In this document: in pieces, positions 40,548 through 54,682 of the stretch
How the letters are laid out: every line of letters begins with the position of its first letter
Numbering within the stretch: position 1 is the stretch's first letter
Assembly (NCBI GenBank): GCA_000165425.1
Contig: CT868596.1
Location: 1-64,000 of the forward strand
Direction of reading: 5' to 3'
DNA: 64,000 nucleotides
Source: Paramecium tetraurelia
Taxonomy: Eukaryota
Notes under the pieces: model-generated
What the model was told of the DNA's origin: nothing
The model's database searches: none
Seen by the model: the letters and a program-made list of their open reading frames with translations, nothing else
Translations under genes and position numbers: made by a program

Positions 40548-41207
40548 TCATTTGAAGAAATATAATTTATCCTAAATATAGAAGTGAAAGATTACAAATT
40601 TAGCAAACAATTCTTTGCTTTAACTGGAATGTGTTGTAGAATTATAAATGAGATGCAAATAATATCCAATCTCTTCCTTGACTCTCTCTTACCACAAAGG
40701 ATACTCCTTTATTTGATCTAGAAGGTCTATGTATTTATTGATAGCCTCTTCCAAATGATGCTCATAGGTCAATGTTGTGTATTCACTTCTGAACCATGTG
40801 TTATGAGTTGCAATTTCTTTGGTCAATTCCAAGTACAGAGATCTGTATTCCCAAGTCAGTCTATGTAGGTCAAGGATAAATGAGTATAGATTTTCAAATT
40901 AAACAAATTTCTGTTTGGCCAGTTCATATTAACTCACTTCACTAAGCTTTAGACACAACTAATTACAAAGATTCCAGTCTGGGATTCCAATTTCTGGCTA
41001 TGTGAGAATAAAATCTGCATTCATAGTAAGTCATAGGATCTCTTTCTAAGAATCCTTCCTCTGGGTCTTAAAATCCAGCCTTGCACATCTCAGTCATAAT
41101 CCTATCCACTTGTACTATTGATGAGTTGATCATAATCAATACATACATGAGTAATTGATCACTCTACTTTTGACGAAATAGGAAGCAAATCTGGTTACGA
41201 TGGACAT
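40548..41207 (-). CDS. Hypothetical protein (~190 aa), possibly mitochondrial
   Basis: MSIVTRFASYFVKSRVINYSLQVDRIMTEMCKAG...DKLYFFK*; three clean small introns; acid-free basic N-terminus. Confidence 0.8.
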
Positions 41208-41346
41208 CCTTATAAGTTTAATAAATTAATATAAAATTTCAAAACTATATTCACATTTATCAACCTGAAACCCTTGTGCTACTAAAATAAATTTCCCCTT
41301 TCATATTTATATATTTAATTTAATTTTAGAGCAAAACAGAAATAAA

Positions 41347-41982
41347 ATGGGCCCAGTCTGTACTGCCCAAAAGCGCAAAAACAAAGCTCAAGAAGAAAAA
41401 GATGCACTTCGAGCCTCCAATTAACCCTGTCTCGAATCTACCTCATTAGCTGCTGGACAATCCCTACCATTGGAATTAAAGAATTAATCTGGCTTAGAAG
41501 AGGCTGTGTAAAACCTTATGTAGCTCTTTAAGAGATTCACTATGTTTCTAGAACTAGTTGGCAATCTGTCTCAACTACCTTAGCACACAAGAGATAAACT
41601 AAACAATTGTATAGCGATCAAACAAAATATTTCCATTATTATTTAAAATAATGTGAAGAGAGTCATGAGAGAATAACAAATCATTAAACGAATAGATGAG
41701 TCAGATTATTACCTCATTTATAATGACCGAAAATTTGCAAGCACATTCAATCAAATGATGTCAAAATTAGCCAATCTGGTCTTAACTGAACTTAAACCTG
41801 ACGAAGATTTCTAAAATGCCTTCCCCATTTTAGCAGTGTCATTTGAAGAAGAAGCCCAAAAAATTAATAACATAGTTGAAAAGCTGAAGAACAATATAAT
41901 TGTTTCAATTAGAAAAGGAAGTTCCCAGCATTCAATCTCAATTAACCAATAATAATCAAATAGAAAAGCTTCACAATAATGA
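41347..41982 (+). CDS. Hypothetical protein with N-terminal MGxxC acylation-type motif (211 aa)
   Basis: Intronless ORF MGPVCTAQKRKNK...RKASQQ*. Confidence 0.75.
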
Positions 41983-43201
41983 ATTTATTCATTTATTAAT
42001 CTTTCCATTAACTTTCTTCATCTATTTGCACCTTTTTTTATTTTTATCTAGTAATTATTGACAAAAGCATTAATTATTTTATTAATATTGCTCTTATCAT
42101 ATAAATCGCTAATGTTTAAAACTTAACAATTTCTAACAATCTTATATATAATGTAAATCTATGTATTTAAGTTAACTAATAGCATATATTATTCTATAAA
42201 TATGCAAATAGAAAATTTATTTAATAATGGTTCCTTGAGAATAAACTTATGAGTTCAAATGAAAAAGTAATTTATTGTAATCAAAGTTTAAACATTTATG
42301 AATTATTTTGATTTTTTACAGATACAGATCAGGATTATATCAAGAATGTAAATGAGGTAGAGATTAAATCTTAATATTCCTTGAATGAAAACTTTAAAGT
42401 TATACCTATGTGTAGGTCAGAGATGAAGGAAAGATAGAAAAAAATAGTTTGTCAAATTCACTATTTCAAAGTACATTTCTTAAGATAATAGTTAATTATA
42501 TAAAAGAAATGATCAATAGAAAAATTTATTAAAATAAACATGGTGAGTATATATACGATATTTATAAAAATAATTTATATCACTTTATTCATTTTTTAAC
42601 TTTAACCAAATTAATCACCTTCTTAGAATTAATTTTAAATGAAAGAAATTCCTAAAGAATTAACTCCTGATAATTTATTTATCTTAATATGCTCAAACTT
42701 ATTTTATATTGGAATCATAATTTTTTTAATTAGGCCTATCCAATTTTATTCTCTTCAAAAAATCAACTATTCATTAATTATGCTAATCTCTTCTTAAATA
42801 TCTCATTCTAACAATATACCTACTACCCCCTCACCCTTTCTAGCTTATCAATTAATTCCATTTCTTTTTTTAACAATAATCTTATAAAAATTCTATCACA
42901 TAAAATGTTTCTGACAATCGTTGGAATATATTATAAATATATTAGAATAGGTAGTTATTCTTTGACAACAGATGATTTAAACTTTATATATTCTGTAATT
43001 TTGATTTATAATTCGGGTGAAGTTTAGGTATTTTTATTTTGAAAAACGGATTATCATTTATAATACTTGATTTAATATTTAAAAGTATATAGTTCAGAAT
43101 TATAATAAACAATTGTCGCAAGTATTACAAGAATAAGGACAAATGTAAGTTAATCTTGCTTAATACTGTAAAAAGTTGTATATTCTGTTTACAAATCATT
43201 T

Positions 43202-43874
43202 TCAATAGTAGGTGACTGTGTTTTAATATTGTTTGCTCCGTTTTTTATTCATTTATCTTCTCTTCCAGATGTTGGTATCAGATTTTTGATGATGACTTAA
43301 AACACTCTTGGGAATCTTATTTTTGAGTTATCCATTTGTGAGAATATCATGAGATGATGGTGATTGAGGTCCTTTCAATTAAAATCCATTCTATGACATT
43401 TCATGCATAAATAAATTAGCATCTGTTAATTTTGGAGATTTTGGTGAAGTTGGTTCATTATTTATTTAATATTTATTGAGTTCCTGAACAAATACAACAT
43501 TCATTTTGTCTTCTTACATTGTTACTTTTGGAGATATTTGTTTGTATAAATAACCTGATCTTATTACATTTAATCCATCTCCTTCTTTTGAGGAAAATCG
43601 TTTTTATTTTTATTATGATTAATCATCTATCAAATAACATAATATGCTAACTTTTAGGTATCAGTAATTTTCCAGCACTAGAAACCTTCTTAAGTTGAGT
43701 ATTATTTATCTCTGTTTATTTTTAAATACTTTATAGATTTCCCTTTAAATTATTGCCATCCTTAACAACAATCGACGATTTTCTGCTTCCTGAGTTGATA
43801 CTTGTAGCTTAGACATGTTCACTCAACCCTCTTTTCTCTATTATTATTTAATTTTTTGGTGACGAACTTTTCAT
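43202..43874 (-). CDS. Hypothetical low-complexity Ser/Pro-rich protein (3' end uncertain)
   Basis: MKSSSPKNQII..., one intron near 43627-43651, EPTSPKSPK motifs, first in-frame TGA at 43202-43204. Coding-like sequence continues in another frame. Confidence 0.5.
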
Positions 43875-43949
43875 ATATATAAATTATTCTAATTATTCCT
43901 ATGGTAATTAACATATTATTTATAACTTGATGAGAAAATAAATAAAAAT

Positions 43950-44916
43950 AATTCAATAAATCTTAAAATTAGACTTCTGTTGATTTAAGTTCCAATCTCC
44001 TTACCCTTTTTTAATGTATTTTACCTAAATTCTTATTCTTAATTTTATACCTTTTATTCATTTTCACTCTATTAAAACACTTTATTATGAGGTTTTAAGA
44101 CTTTTTGTTCTGCTAATTTTGTCTATTCATAGATTAATCGACTTTAGGGATATTTCTTTTTGCCTTCATTTTTGATTTAATTAGCCTTTTAATAACTTGT
44201 TAATAAGTGGCGGAAACTATCCTCATATTGAGCTCCTCTTGTTCTATCAGTGTATATTGAAAAGACTATAGTTATTTAATTATTATACATTCATTTTAAA
44301 TAGGAGAACTTTATAGATTAACGAAAGTCTGAATAGATGATGACTTTTTATGTGTTCGAGAATTTCCGTATTCTTCATTGCCATCATTAACTTACATCTT
44401 AAATCAAAAAAGAATTTACTTAGCTAATTGGTAAATTTATTCGATGATTGAAATCCTATGATTTTTGAGTACATGCTCTAATTTTAATTAAAATTCATTA
44501 CTTTACTTAGCGTTTGGGTTCTTTGTAGGTACTCTCCTAATTTACATTGTAACGAGTGCTTGATTGTATTCTCGAGTGTTGAGGTGAATTGCATTTTTCG
44601 ATGCTTGGATTAATTGTTCTTGTAGTATTTGCTTCTATTTATCGTTTCCTTTCACTTGCTTCATACTTATTTTTTTAGTTTTAAGCTATTTCAGGAGTAT
44701 CAGAGTAGTCAAAAATCCTTGAAGGTGAACATAGAGTTTTATAAGATTAAGTATTTTTATTCCTCATTCCATTTAGAATGGTTGGGTGAGAATGAGGTTT
44801 TTGCTTTGAAAATATCGTGGATTTTATACTTAAACTATATTTCCTATTGGGGTTGAATTCTCTGACATTCTATTTGTTAGTTTCAAAAATGAATCATAGT
44901 TATCGAATTTCTTCAT
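43950..44916 (-). pseudogene. Degenerate or frameshifted coding-like region of unknown family
   Basis: The ATG at 44916 hits TGA after about 50 codons; longer open stretches continue in other frames with intron-like segments. Confidence 0.25.
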
Positions 44917-45118
44917 AACAGATAAATTTAATTTTATCAATAATTCTAAAGGCTAGTATAATTATCGTTTCTAATTTTATATCCACTCATCTTTCAGTGA
45001 GGGTTTTCTTTTATTTATCAAAAAAACTGTATTTTATTAAGGTTGATTTTATTACTTCCAGTGCAAATTTGTTAAATTAATTTTATTTTTAGAATATTTA
45101 TAGACAAAATAAATATAA

Positions 45119-45391
45119 ATGAGTAAAATAAAGATGAAGCTCACATAATCCCCAGCTGATTCGCAATCTAATCAAATTAAAAAGAATCAACGCAATTAAT
45201 CATATGAAATCGAATAGATGATGTCATCACCAGAGGTTAAAAAATTCGAAGCTTTCTTGTTTGAATCCATTACAACCAGATAGAGACTGTCCATGAAATT
45301 TTCTTAATTCACTCCAGTCCCCTCAGAAGTAAGCCGTGTATATGAGGATGAATTCAGTTGGAATCATAATTCTGATCATTCAAAACAGTGA
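45119..45391 (+). CDS. Small hypothetical protein (90 aa)
   Basis: Intronless ORF MSKIKMKLTQSPADS...DHSKQ* flanked by AT-rich spacers. Confidence 0.6.
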
Positions 45392-46126
45392 TTTATGATT
45401 TAAAACTCTATATTTTCCACATAAGCTTATAATGATTTTCATCTTTACTTTAAAATAAAATAAACTCAGACATCCTTATACAGAATTAGGAGAAATATTT
45501 ATTTAAACCTAAAGATCCATTTTGCAAAGGAAATGCTCATTTGTATTCATTAATTCAACAAAAGTATTGTTAAAGTAGGTTTATAAATAACGAAGAAGGA
45601 CTTATCATTGTATTCAGATGATAAAATAAACACAACCATTGAAATATTAATGTAATTCTTTTTTGAAATTGATATTTAATATAATTAAATTAAATAAACA
45701 TTTATTACAAATAATATTCATTTACTTAAGGAAGAAGAAAAAAAAAATAAGTATAAGGATATTTATTAATAAATTAAAATTCATTTTGTTAGCCTGACTC
45801 TTTTATAGTACATAATCCCTAAATTTAGGTTAAAAAAACGCAAAAACCTTTCTTCGAAATCTCGAAGATTTTAAATGAAATTTAATATAAATCAAAATTC
45901 ATTCATTGTTATTATTAATTCTAATTTTATACCTAGAATCTGTCGAGACCAATTTGTTTTTGAGATATTACCAAGTTTTTAATGCAAGATAGTAACATTA
46001 TTCCATACATAAAATAGATTAGTAATTTAATTGTCTATAAATTTAAATAATAAAAAGGACATAAATATTTGGAATATATGTTTTTTGAGATAGATAGAAA
46101 AATTGATTTTTATATTTCGCAAAGTG

Positions 46127-47662
46127 ATGATTTAGCAAGCTGAAGTAGAAAACTAATTAGAATTACGAAAATTAAAAAGTGAAATCGACACCTAAATTCC
46201 TTTTTACATAAAAATGTGTATAATGGATTTTGGCTTAGATGAAATTGAAGAAAGCGAACAAGCCGATATATTAAGACTATTAAGTGCCCCTAAGTTTGAA
46301 AGTAGACAACAATTCTTAATTGTCATACCGGAATACCTCATTAAACATCTGCTAAAAATAAGACAAATAGCATTACTCAATAGTCCAGAGATCAACTATT
46401 CAAACCCAACTAACTTAAAAAGCCTAATATATGGTTCTCTTCTACCCTATGAAGATCCTATATTTTATAAGCATTAGATCTTACAAAACATAGTAAAAAA
46501 CACAAATCTGAAAATAATGGAGTTGCTTGATTCCAAAAAAAAAGCAATCAACGTTATTAAGAAAAGAGAGATTCAAATCTTGAACCACTAGATCGAGACT
46601 TCTATAAAAAAATAAACTACCAAATTTACATAAAAAAAGAATTGCCCTCAATGCCTATGTAAAATTAGAGGTTTCAAAGCAAATGAAGAATAAATCAAAA
46701 CTGCTCAAACACTCAGGTGCAAAGGATGTAAAGAGTATTATCATTCTTGTTGCATTCAAAAATAATAATAGGATAAGTAAATAAATTTTATGTGTCCTGC
46801 ATGTCAATTGTCATTTGCAAGTCCTTTGGAGAAAGTTATATCTGTATTACATGAACCAGAAATTATAAATTTGGTAGATGAAAACAAAGAAAAGACTTTA
46901 CTATTTGAATGCCCCAATTCTGAATCAAACTATCAAATTCAAATGAGATGTCTATAGATAGGAAATGTTGATAAATTAACTTGGCCAGAATCCGGAGAGA
47001 TCTATTTAAATAACTTAAAAGTGATATAGTTTGATTCGAAAATGGGTCAAAAGAGTGGTGAATCTTATATTGTTACTTAATCAGTCAAATTTGGATCTAC
47101 AAATAAAATAACAATACTATACTAACAGTCTATTTTTAAATAGCTTATGTCATTGAATATTAGTCAGAAATAACAGACTGAGACTCAAAACTATTATCTA
47201 TTTGCAGTCTATAGTGTTAAAGTGTTTAGTCCTAGAGATTGGCTATATGATTTATAAAAAGACTAATCAGTATCAATTCAAGAATCCTCAAACCGAATTT
47301 CAACGTTCATTAATTAAATAGGGGAAACCACATTAAAGGTTTCTTTACTAGATATACAGACTTTGAACCTTATGAAAATTCCTGGGAGAGGATTTAGATG
47401 TACTCACATTTAATGTTTTGATTTAGAAATATTTGTTAAATTAAATTAAATAGAAAACAAATGGATTTGTCCAATTTGCTAATAAAAGTGCCACAAATTA
47501 GTTATAGATTAATTTTAAAAGGCAATAATTGAAAATATAGTAGAGTAACAATTGAAAAAGACAGAAATAGAATTCGATAGAGATGGTAAACTAACAGAAC
47601 AACTAATTGAATATAATTAGAAAAGTTCAAATTTAGATGATGAAATGTAAATTGAGCTATGA
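46127..47662 (+). CDS. PHD + SP-RING (MIZ) protein, SIZ/PIAS-like SUMO E3 ligase
   Basis: PHD-like CLC...CKGCKEYYHSCC...FMCPAC; IQMRC..TWPE region; SP-RING VSLLDIQTLNLMKIPGRGFRCTHIQCFDL...WICPIC. Confidence 0.85.
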
Positions 47663-47713
47663 AACATAAATCAATTCTAGATGAAAATTGTTATTACACA
47701 TATATGATACAAA

Positions 47714-50700
47714 TCAATCATCTTCTTAGTTCTTTTAGTTGTAGTATGATTATCCCAATAAGGTGATAATAATAATTTTTATCTATTTCATTTCGTATAA
47801 AAGATTAGATATTTCAAATCTTATAATAGAGTCATTACCTTCTAGATATATATTTTATTTTTCATCCTAATCTCTCTTTAATTTAGCCTTCATTTTTCTT
47901 CTTAAATACCTTCGAATAAATCTCTTAATTTGTCTCATGCCTCTTAATGCTTCAAATAACACTCTCTATTATTATGGCAATAGTTCTTTGGTAGTATCAA
48001 GATATCTCTGTTTCTATGCAAAAAATGATTTCTCATCTTTCTAATTTTTAGGAGTTTGTGACTTAAATTAGTTATTCTATGGAGAGGTGGAAGCTTGAAG
48101 ATTATTGAAGTCATAAATGGCTCTTTGTTATTTTGCAAAATTGACTTCAACCGTCAATCGAGTGACTATCTGTTCTTCATTTTGAGTATCAAGATTATCA
48201 ATAAAATATATAAATTCTTCTTCTTCAGATCTTATCAAACAAGCAATAGCAACCAATCCATCTCTATTAATTTTGATAATTTTTTTATTCTTTTTCTTCT
48301 TCTCCCCTAATATAATTTGCTTTACTTTTAGCATTGTTCTTTCATATAAATTTTCTTCAGTATTTTCCAAATCCTTATAGCCTGAATCTAGATTATACCT
48401 ATGAATAATTGACAATATTTATTTATAGGCTTTACAATTCTGCAAATTAGTTTTGACTTATATAAGCATTAATTTCCATTATTTTATAGGGAATGACAGT
48501 CTTTTTTATTTAAGTAAGCCAATGACCTGAGTAGCTTATTTGGATAAATCTTCATATTATTCCTATAGATACTATCTTTCTGATAATAGATATAATGTTT
48601 CAACGAAATTTGTATGATAGTCTCCTATAGCTTCCTGATAAATGATTAAGGCATCAATCAAAAAGTTAAATATTTAGTTTTGAAAATCATCAATTTATTA
48701 TCCTCTAACATTCTTTACTTTAGATTTTTAACTCTAAAATTTGGATTGGCTTCCATAATATTTTGAAATTATTGCAGGATAATTAGGAAAAAAGTAAGCT
48801 TCAAATCGTTGCCTTTCCCAAAAGTTCAATATTTACCCCAATAATCTGTAAATATCTGCTATAAATAATAAATTAAGATGTCTTTTGGATTTGAGCATAT
48901 CAAATATTTCTGTCCTTCTAATCTCGAAAATTGTAAGATTACCTTTTTTTGTATCTATTCTATTAAAACAAGAGATAATTTTTAAAATTCCTTCTTAACC
49001 ACCATGTATGTCTTCATCTTTGTCATGTCCTAACACAGCAATTTTTCCAAGCTCTGGGGGATCGTAATCAATACCCTAACTTAAATCCAGCAATTTGATT
49101 AATAAATCATAAGCATTCTCATATTGTAAATTATCTACATACAATTGGCATATTGTTAAGGCTATATCAAGTGAAGCTCTATCACTTGACTTAATCTACA
49201 ACAAATTCTTAACATTCTTCTCTCCTTAGGATAATTGATTAAGTAGTAACATCCCTTGTTCATTGTCATCAAGTAATTTGATAAATGCTGTCAAATATAA
49301 ATTTAATGCTTCTGAGTGATTTCCATATTTATGGTGATAACTTGCTATCATTCTATCTATCTATCCATCCAATTTAGTTGAGTAATGAGTTTCACAAACA
49401 ATTTTAAATGTTTCAATCAATTATAAGGTTGCTTTTCTAATCAACTAATTCTTGTTTCTTGCTAGCAAAATCTCAAGCAGTTTTGTTCTCACTTGCAATA
49501 CTGGCACTGACACTTTTCCATACTCCTCTTCAAATATCACTAAAGCACTTTCAGTATGAATTCTTGCATCTGTATATTAACCTAATTTAAATAAGAGATT
49601 GCCTAAATTTGCGTGCTTATAGGCAATTTACAGGGGATTAGTTTTCTTCTTGACTTATTAAAATAATTGAAGCGAATGCAATAAATATGTTTTGGCATCA
49701 ATATAAAATCCTTAATTGGCTAACACTCTTGACATTTAATCATAGATGAGACTCATCTTTATTATTAACTGTTAATCTAATTGATTGTTATCATACAATT
49801 CTCTGATAATGATGAATGATCTCTTAAAAAATATAAAGGTTTCTTCATGCTATCCTCTCTACCCATAGATGTATCCAACCAAAAAATAAACATCCGACCT
49901 GATTGAACTTTTTAGGGCATTTTCAAAAATAGGACTATTTAAATACTTATCCTTCTCTATAAAACTCAAAAATTCCTCTACATAACTAATTGATAACTTC
50001 TTTAAATTTAATGAAATACAATCCCAAATTACTCGCATATAGTTTTACACTAATAATATCAGCACAGGAGCCTATTACAATTTGAAATAATTTTGTTCCA
50101 TCAAATTCCTCTTCTGAATCTATAACTAAATCATTGAAGTTCCAACATATTCAACCCTGTTCGAAACCTGAAATTATGAATTCGCCACAAAGTCTTCTCT
50201 TTCTTACGACAATAGTTTAGGATCACTTAATTAAGTCCCTATTCTACTATTATTTGTCTATGTCTTAGACAATTCATTAACTTACTGCTGCTTATACAGT
50301 TTCATCAACTCTTCTTTAGAACGTTCTACAGCAACCTTGGCTGAAGCATCTTTATTTTACAATAGATATAGCAATCCCATCCATCTACTGATATCGCTTT
50401 GAATTTATTGATATTCAAAATACAAATCCTCATCTACTTTCTATTTTCTAAGATCGCAAGCCAATTATGAAAATAGTTTCAAACTCTCATCATATTTTTG
50501 TAAATAAAATTAGATTTTTGCCCATCTCATCGTGTACTCATCAATCAATGTTTACTCAAATCTAAATAAATTGTACATGTATTATTCATATAATTTATAG
50601 CATAACATCGCCTTTTTCTCTTGGTTTTATTTTATATAGATATATCCTAACCAATCATAGACTTCCATTAACAATCTCACAGTTAGATTATCTCTTTCTG

Positions 50701-53700
50701 GCGGTGGCAGAGTGGTCTTAAACTTTTTTTGTTATTCTTGATAATCCTTTAGCATTTGAATTTTTATTTATTAAAATTCTTTTAATTGATGAACAGAAAT
50801 ATTTTATGTCTATTTAATTCTTAATTCATCCGCAATCTAATATTATTGTAATTAAACTGCATCCAAAAAAAGTTCTTGTGCTTTTTTAATGTCTCCAGCG
50901 TAAAAGAACATCTTACCAAACACAAATTTCTTAAAAAATTAATCTATTTTCACTCTTTTATTATTATCTATTGTTAATTAAAACAATTCGACCTGTTAAT
51001 ACATATCTTCTAAATCTGTGTAAAGGGATTTTAGTAGAAATCCAAAAAAATTAAAGAATAAGACCACTGTCTCTAAACAATGAAAACTACTCAAAGCCTC
51101 TTACATAATACTCATTGCCTTTTATAAATTTGATTTCATATTTTCCATATCATTTGTTAAAAAATGTAAGTAGCTCAAATAACCTAAATTTAATAGCCGA
51201 AGAGAGTCCATTTCACTTCCTGATCGGGTAATGTTTGATATTAGTTTAAGGGATATATCAAAATAATATTTGCTGAGTTCAAATTAACTTACTTCATAAT
51301 AGGCTTTGCCTCGATTATAGCATGATAAGATCAAGCTTTTGCTTATGTAATCATACTTTTAGCATTATTATTCATGATATTCATTTAATTGTTGAATATA
51401 TTTAAAGGCTTCAAAATAACCATCTTGATCTAGTTACAACAGAAAATAATAATGTATAAATTAATAGTATGCTTTTTCATTGATCTCTTTAAGACTGTTT
51501 TTTGAAATCTAGAGTACTCTATTAAAGAGTTATAATGCATCCTCTGCCTCTCCAGATATAAATGTAATAAGTCCTTCATAAAATTTGACATTAGATTGAT
51601 TGATCTTTTTTAAAGTCTTAGGATCTGCAGTTGCAATATCTGATTCAAGGGATGTAAATGTAGCATATGCCAATTCCAATTCTCTATTTTGCATGTAACA
51701 AAATCCTAAGCAGAATTTTAGAAAAACATATTCAGTTTTAGAAAAAAAGATTTCACTCGGATTGCTAATTTTATAATGAGCCAATTTATTTGGATCGTTG
51801 ATTTATAATTAATTTATGATTTTTAAGATATATTTAGCGGCTTCTTATCCTATTCTAGTGTTTCTAATAAGCATATACCCTTAAATCTAATAAAAGTACT
51901 TTCTGATATCATAAAATTCATCTGACACATTAAATGCCCTTATTAGCAGTCCTCCTTTATCTTCTTCATAGTCTACAATAGCGGATAGCTCTGTTTTTGG
52001 TTGATCTGCCTAAGGTTTTTCTTATTAGGATAAATTAATTTATTTTTCAGATTTCTTTTTATCTGATTAATTATTCGTAGATTTATCATTCTTTGATTTA
52101 TTTAATTGTGAATTTTCAAAGTTGCTTCTTTAAAAGAATATAATATCATTTGGTGGATCAAACTCCTCCTCTTATAATTAATCCATGATTCTTTTCCAAT
52201 CACAATTTGGCTTAAGCATATCTTGTAAATATAAAATAACAATCTGGTAATTCTGTTACTTATTGTTAATTAATTAATATTGGGCTAAAAAGGACATAAT
52301 TTCAATATAATTCTTGGCTTGATATTCCTTGAATTCATCTAAATTCTTAACCCTTTAATTAAGATAGGATTCATCAGTGTGTAAGCCACTAAAGGATCTA
52401 ATGAACTTGGCTGCTTGGCTGATGTCATTCTTATTACTCGCATTAGAATGATGAGATGTCTTTGATTTACTTTGGCACCACTATTCGAATTTGCCTAAAC
52501 TAATCATCTGAATAGCTATAATAGCCAAACTATAAAAGTTTTATTGCATGATTAAGGAATTTAGAAGCACCTCCTCAGTGTTTCTGACAAGTCTCTCTTT
52601 TTTGGCTTCATTACTCATGTTGTCAAATGTTTTGTTCCAATAAATGTACAAACCTTTTTCAATGACAGGTCGTATAGTTTCATTATAAAAGATTAAATGT
52701 CTTGGTTTGACCTATTTGATATAGTATTACAAATAAGAGTAGGTGCAACACAATTCATATTTTTCTGGTTCATCTTCCTATAAGCTATCATCGTCAGCTA
52801 ACAGCTCTTCACTTTCAACCTCACTGCGATTATCTGAATATATTTTAGAGGTCTTTTTGATTAAAGTTTAACTTGTAGGTCTCTGAACAATGTAGCTGGC
52901 TATTCTTAATTCATTGAAGCCTTTGATTCTATATTGTCCATCTCCACTCAGATAGATGTTCTCATCATTCACATTTCCATGATTAATATAGATGGATTTG
53001 GCATCCCTTAGAGCTCTCATCATGAGGATCAAAAATCCTAAGATTTCCTACTCTTTATAAGCCCCTTCCATTTTAGGGAATGAGGCTCTTATTTTAATGA
53101 CCTCCCTTAATGTAGCTATGGGCATGTCTGTGACTCTCAGAAAGATGTTTGAATAATGTAATAGGAACCATTACTGTTGATAAGAGACATTATAAATGTC
53201 TGAGGCAATAGTGTCTTATTTGGTTAAAGATAACAATTATTAAATGGATTTATTGAAGTAGAAATTCTCCTCAAATTCCTGCAGATATTCATACTTTTTG
53301 ATTTGTGTGATTTCAACTAAATATTATTGTTTTAGATTTGAGAGTCTTTTGCCTGTCCATAACATAGATTTATAACTCTCGGATTCGTCTAATTAAATAA
53401 TTTCATCGAGTACAATATTCTACAAATACTCAGAATGATCTTCCCACAGTAACTCATCTGAATTTTTAAGGGGAAAGTATGCAAGAGGTTCACATTGTTT
53501 TTCATTAAGCATTCTTATAGTACCATATCCCATAATTGATTGTAATAATTCATCCTTGTCTAATAAACCAAAGTTGTATATCCTTTGTTGAGTGGTTTCA
53601 TCGAAATACTTAAAATCCCTTCTCATATATCTTTTTTCCATTTATCTTCTTTATATTTTTTCAAGTTCCTATTTCAATTTCCTTTCGATTTCTTATTCCT

Positions 53701-53917
53701 ACATTTTATCTATTAATTCTAACTTTCTTTGCTCTTCCTTTCTTTTCTTCGCTGCTTATTTGAATTCTTCCTTTGAAATGGTTGAAGCACCAATATTAAA
53801 ATCAACGAATTTCCCCTTTTTGCCAGCTTACTTTCCTCCTTTGGAATCTCCTCCTGAAGCAGTTCCTCTTAAAGTGTTGTTTATGTTATTACAAACATCA
53901 ATGCAAAAGTTTCCCAT
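47714..53917 (-). CDS. Very large (~2,000 aa) TPR-repeat protein with N-terminal MGNFC..C acylation-type motif
   Basis: ATG 53917 MGNFCIDVCNN; charged coiled coil; TPR-like repeats such as DVYFLVGYIYGQRGQHEETFIFFKRSF and AYKHANLGNLLFKLGQYTDARIHTESAL. Three supplied ORF fragments share one frame. Exact stop is slightly uncertain. Confidence 0.8.
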
Positions 53918-54070
53918 TTTATTTTAAATTATATAAGTATAACTATGAATTAAGTCTATTCTTTTAAAACTAGATTTCAATTTAGTAATCCCACAGATGT
54001 CATAGACAACAAAACAGGATCATTATTTGAATAGATTGTAATCTATAATAATATATATATTCTTATTTAA

Positions 54071-54682
54071 TCATGATAAGTATACTTTATTCATCTTTGT
54101 AACCTTGACTCTATCAATAGGACATTAATCAATCTTTTTTGAACACTCCTCACACACACAAACATGTCCACAGGGCTTCAGTAAGATACAATATTCCTTT
54201 TGGAGACATATCACACAAAACTTTTAAATCAAAGAATTTTTGTATAGAGAAATTTGGTTTTGGGTTTTAACTAATTGCTCTTCCACCTTTTTTATATCCT
54301 CAAAACTTTATTGTCTAATGGTTTCAAAATCACCCTCGTATAATTTTATTTGTAATCTCAATTAATTATTTGCTTCCTCAATCTGCTTGCCTCTACTTTT
54401 CTCTAGCTGTAACTCATGATGAATTATCAAATAATCCTATTGCAAAGTTTGATTCTGCTCCCTCTTTTTTTTTTGATCCCAAAATTGATTACGACTCGAA
54501 TCCAAAAACTCCCTGAATAGTTTAATCACTCGAAAAAGTTGCTTATGCGCTAATGTTAACTGGTCCTGCAATGAATTCCCAATGATATCCAGGCATTGAG
54601 AATCAACGAGGCTCCGTATATCATCGTCATTTTAGCAACAAAGGATCTCTTCTATAAGCATTTCATCATCCTATTCGTTCAT
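54071..54682 (-). CDS. Coiled-coil + C-terminal C3HC4-type RING protein
   Basis: CVICLQKEYCILLKPCGHVCVCEECSKKIDQCPIDR at the C-terminus; intronless. Confidence 0.88.

Noticed and set aside
53592..53927. Supplied plus-strand hydrophobic ORFs (e.g. 53592, 59820, 48095, 30405, 17392)
   Set aside because: They are antisense shadows of well-supported minus-strand genes.
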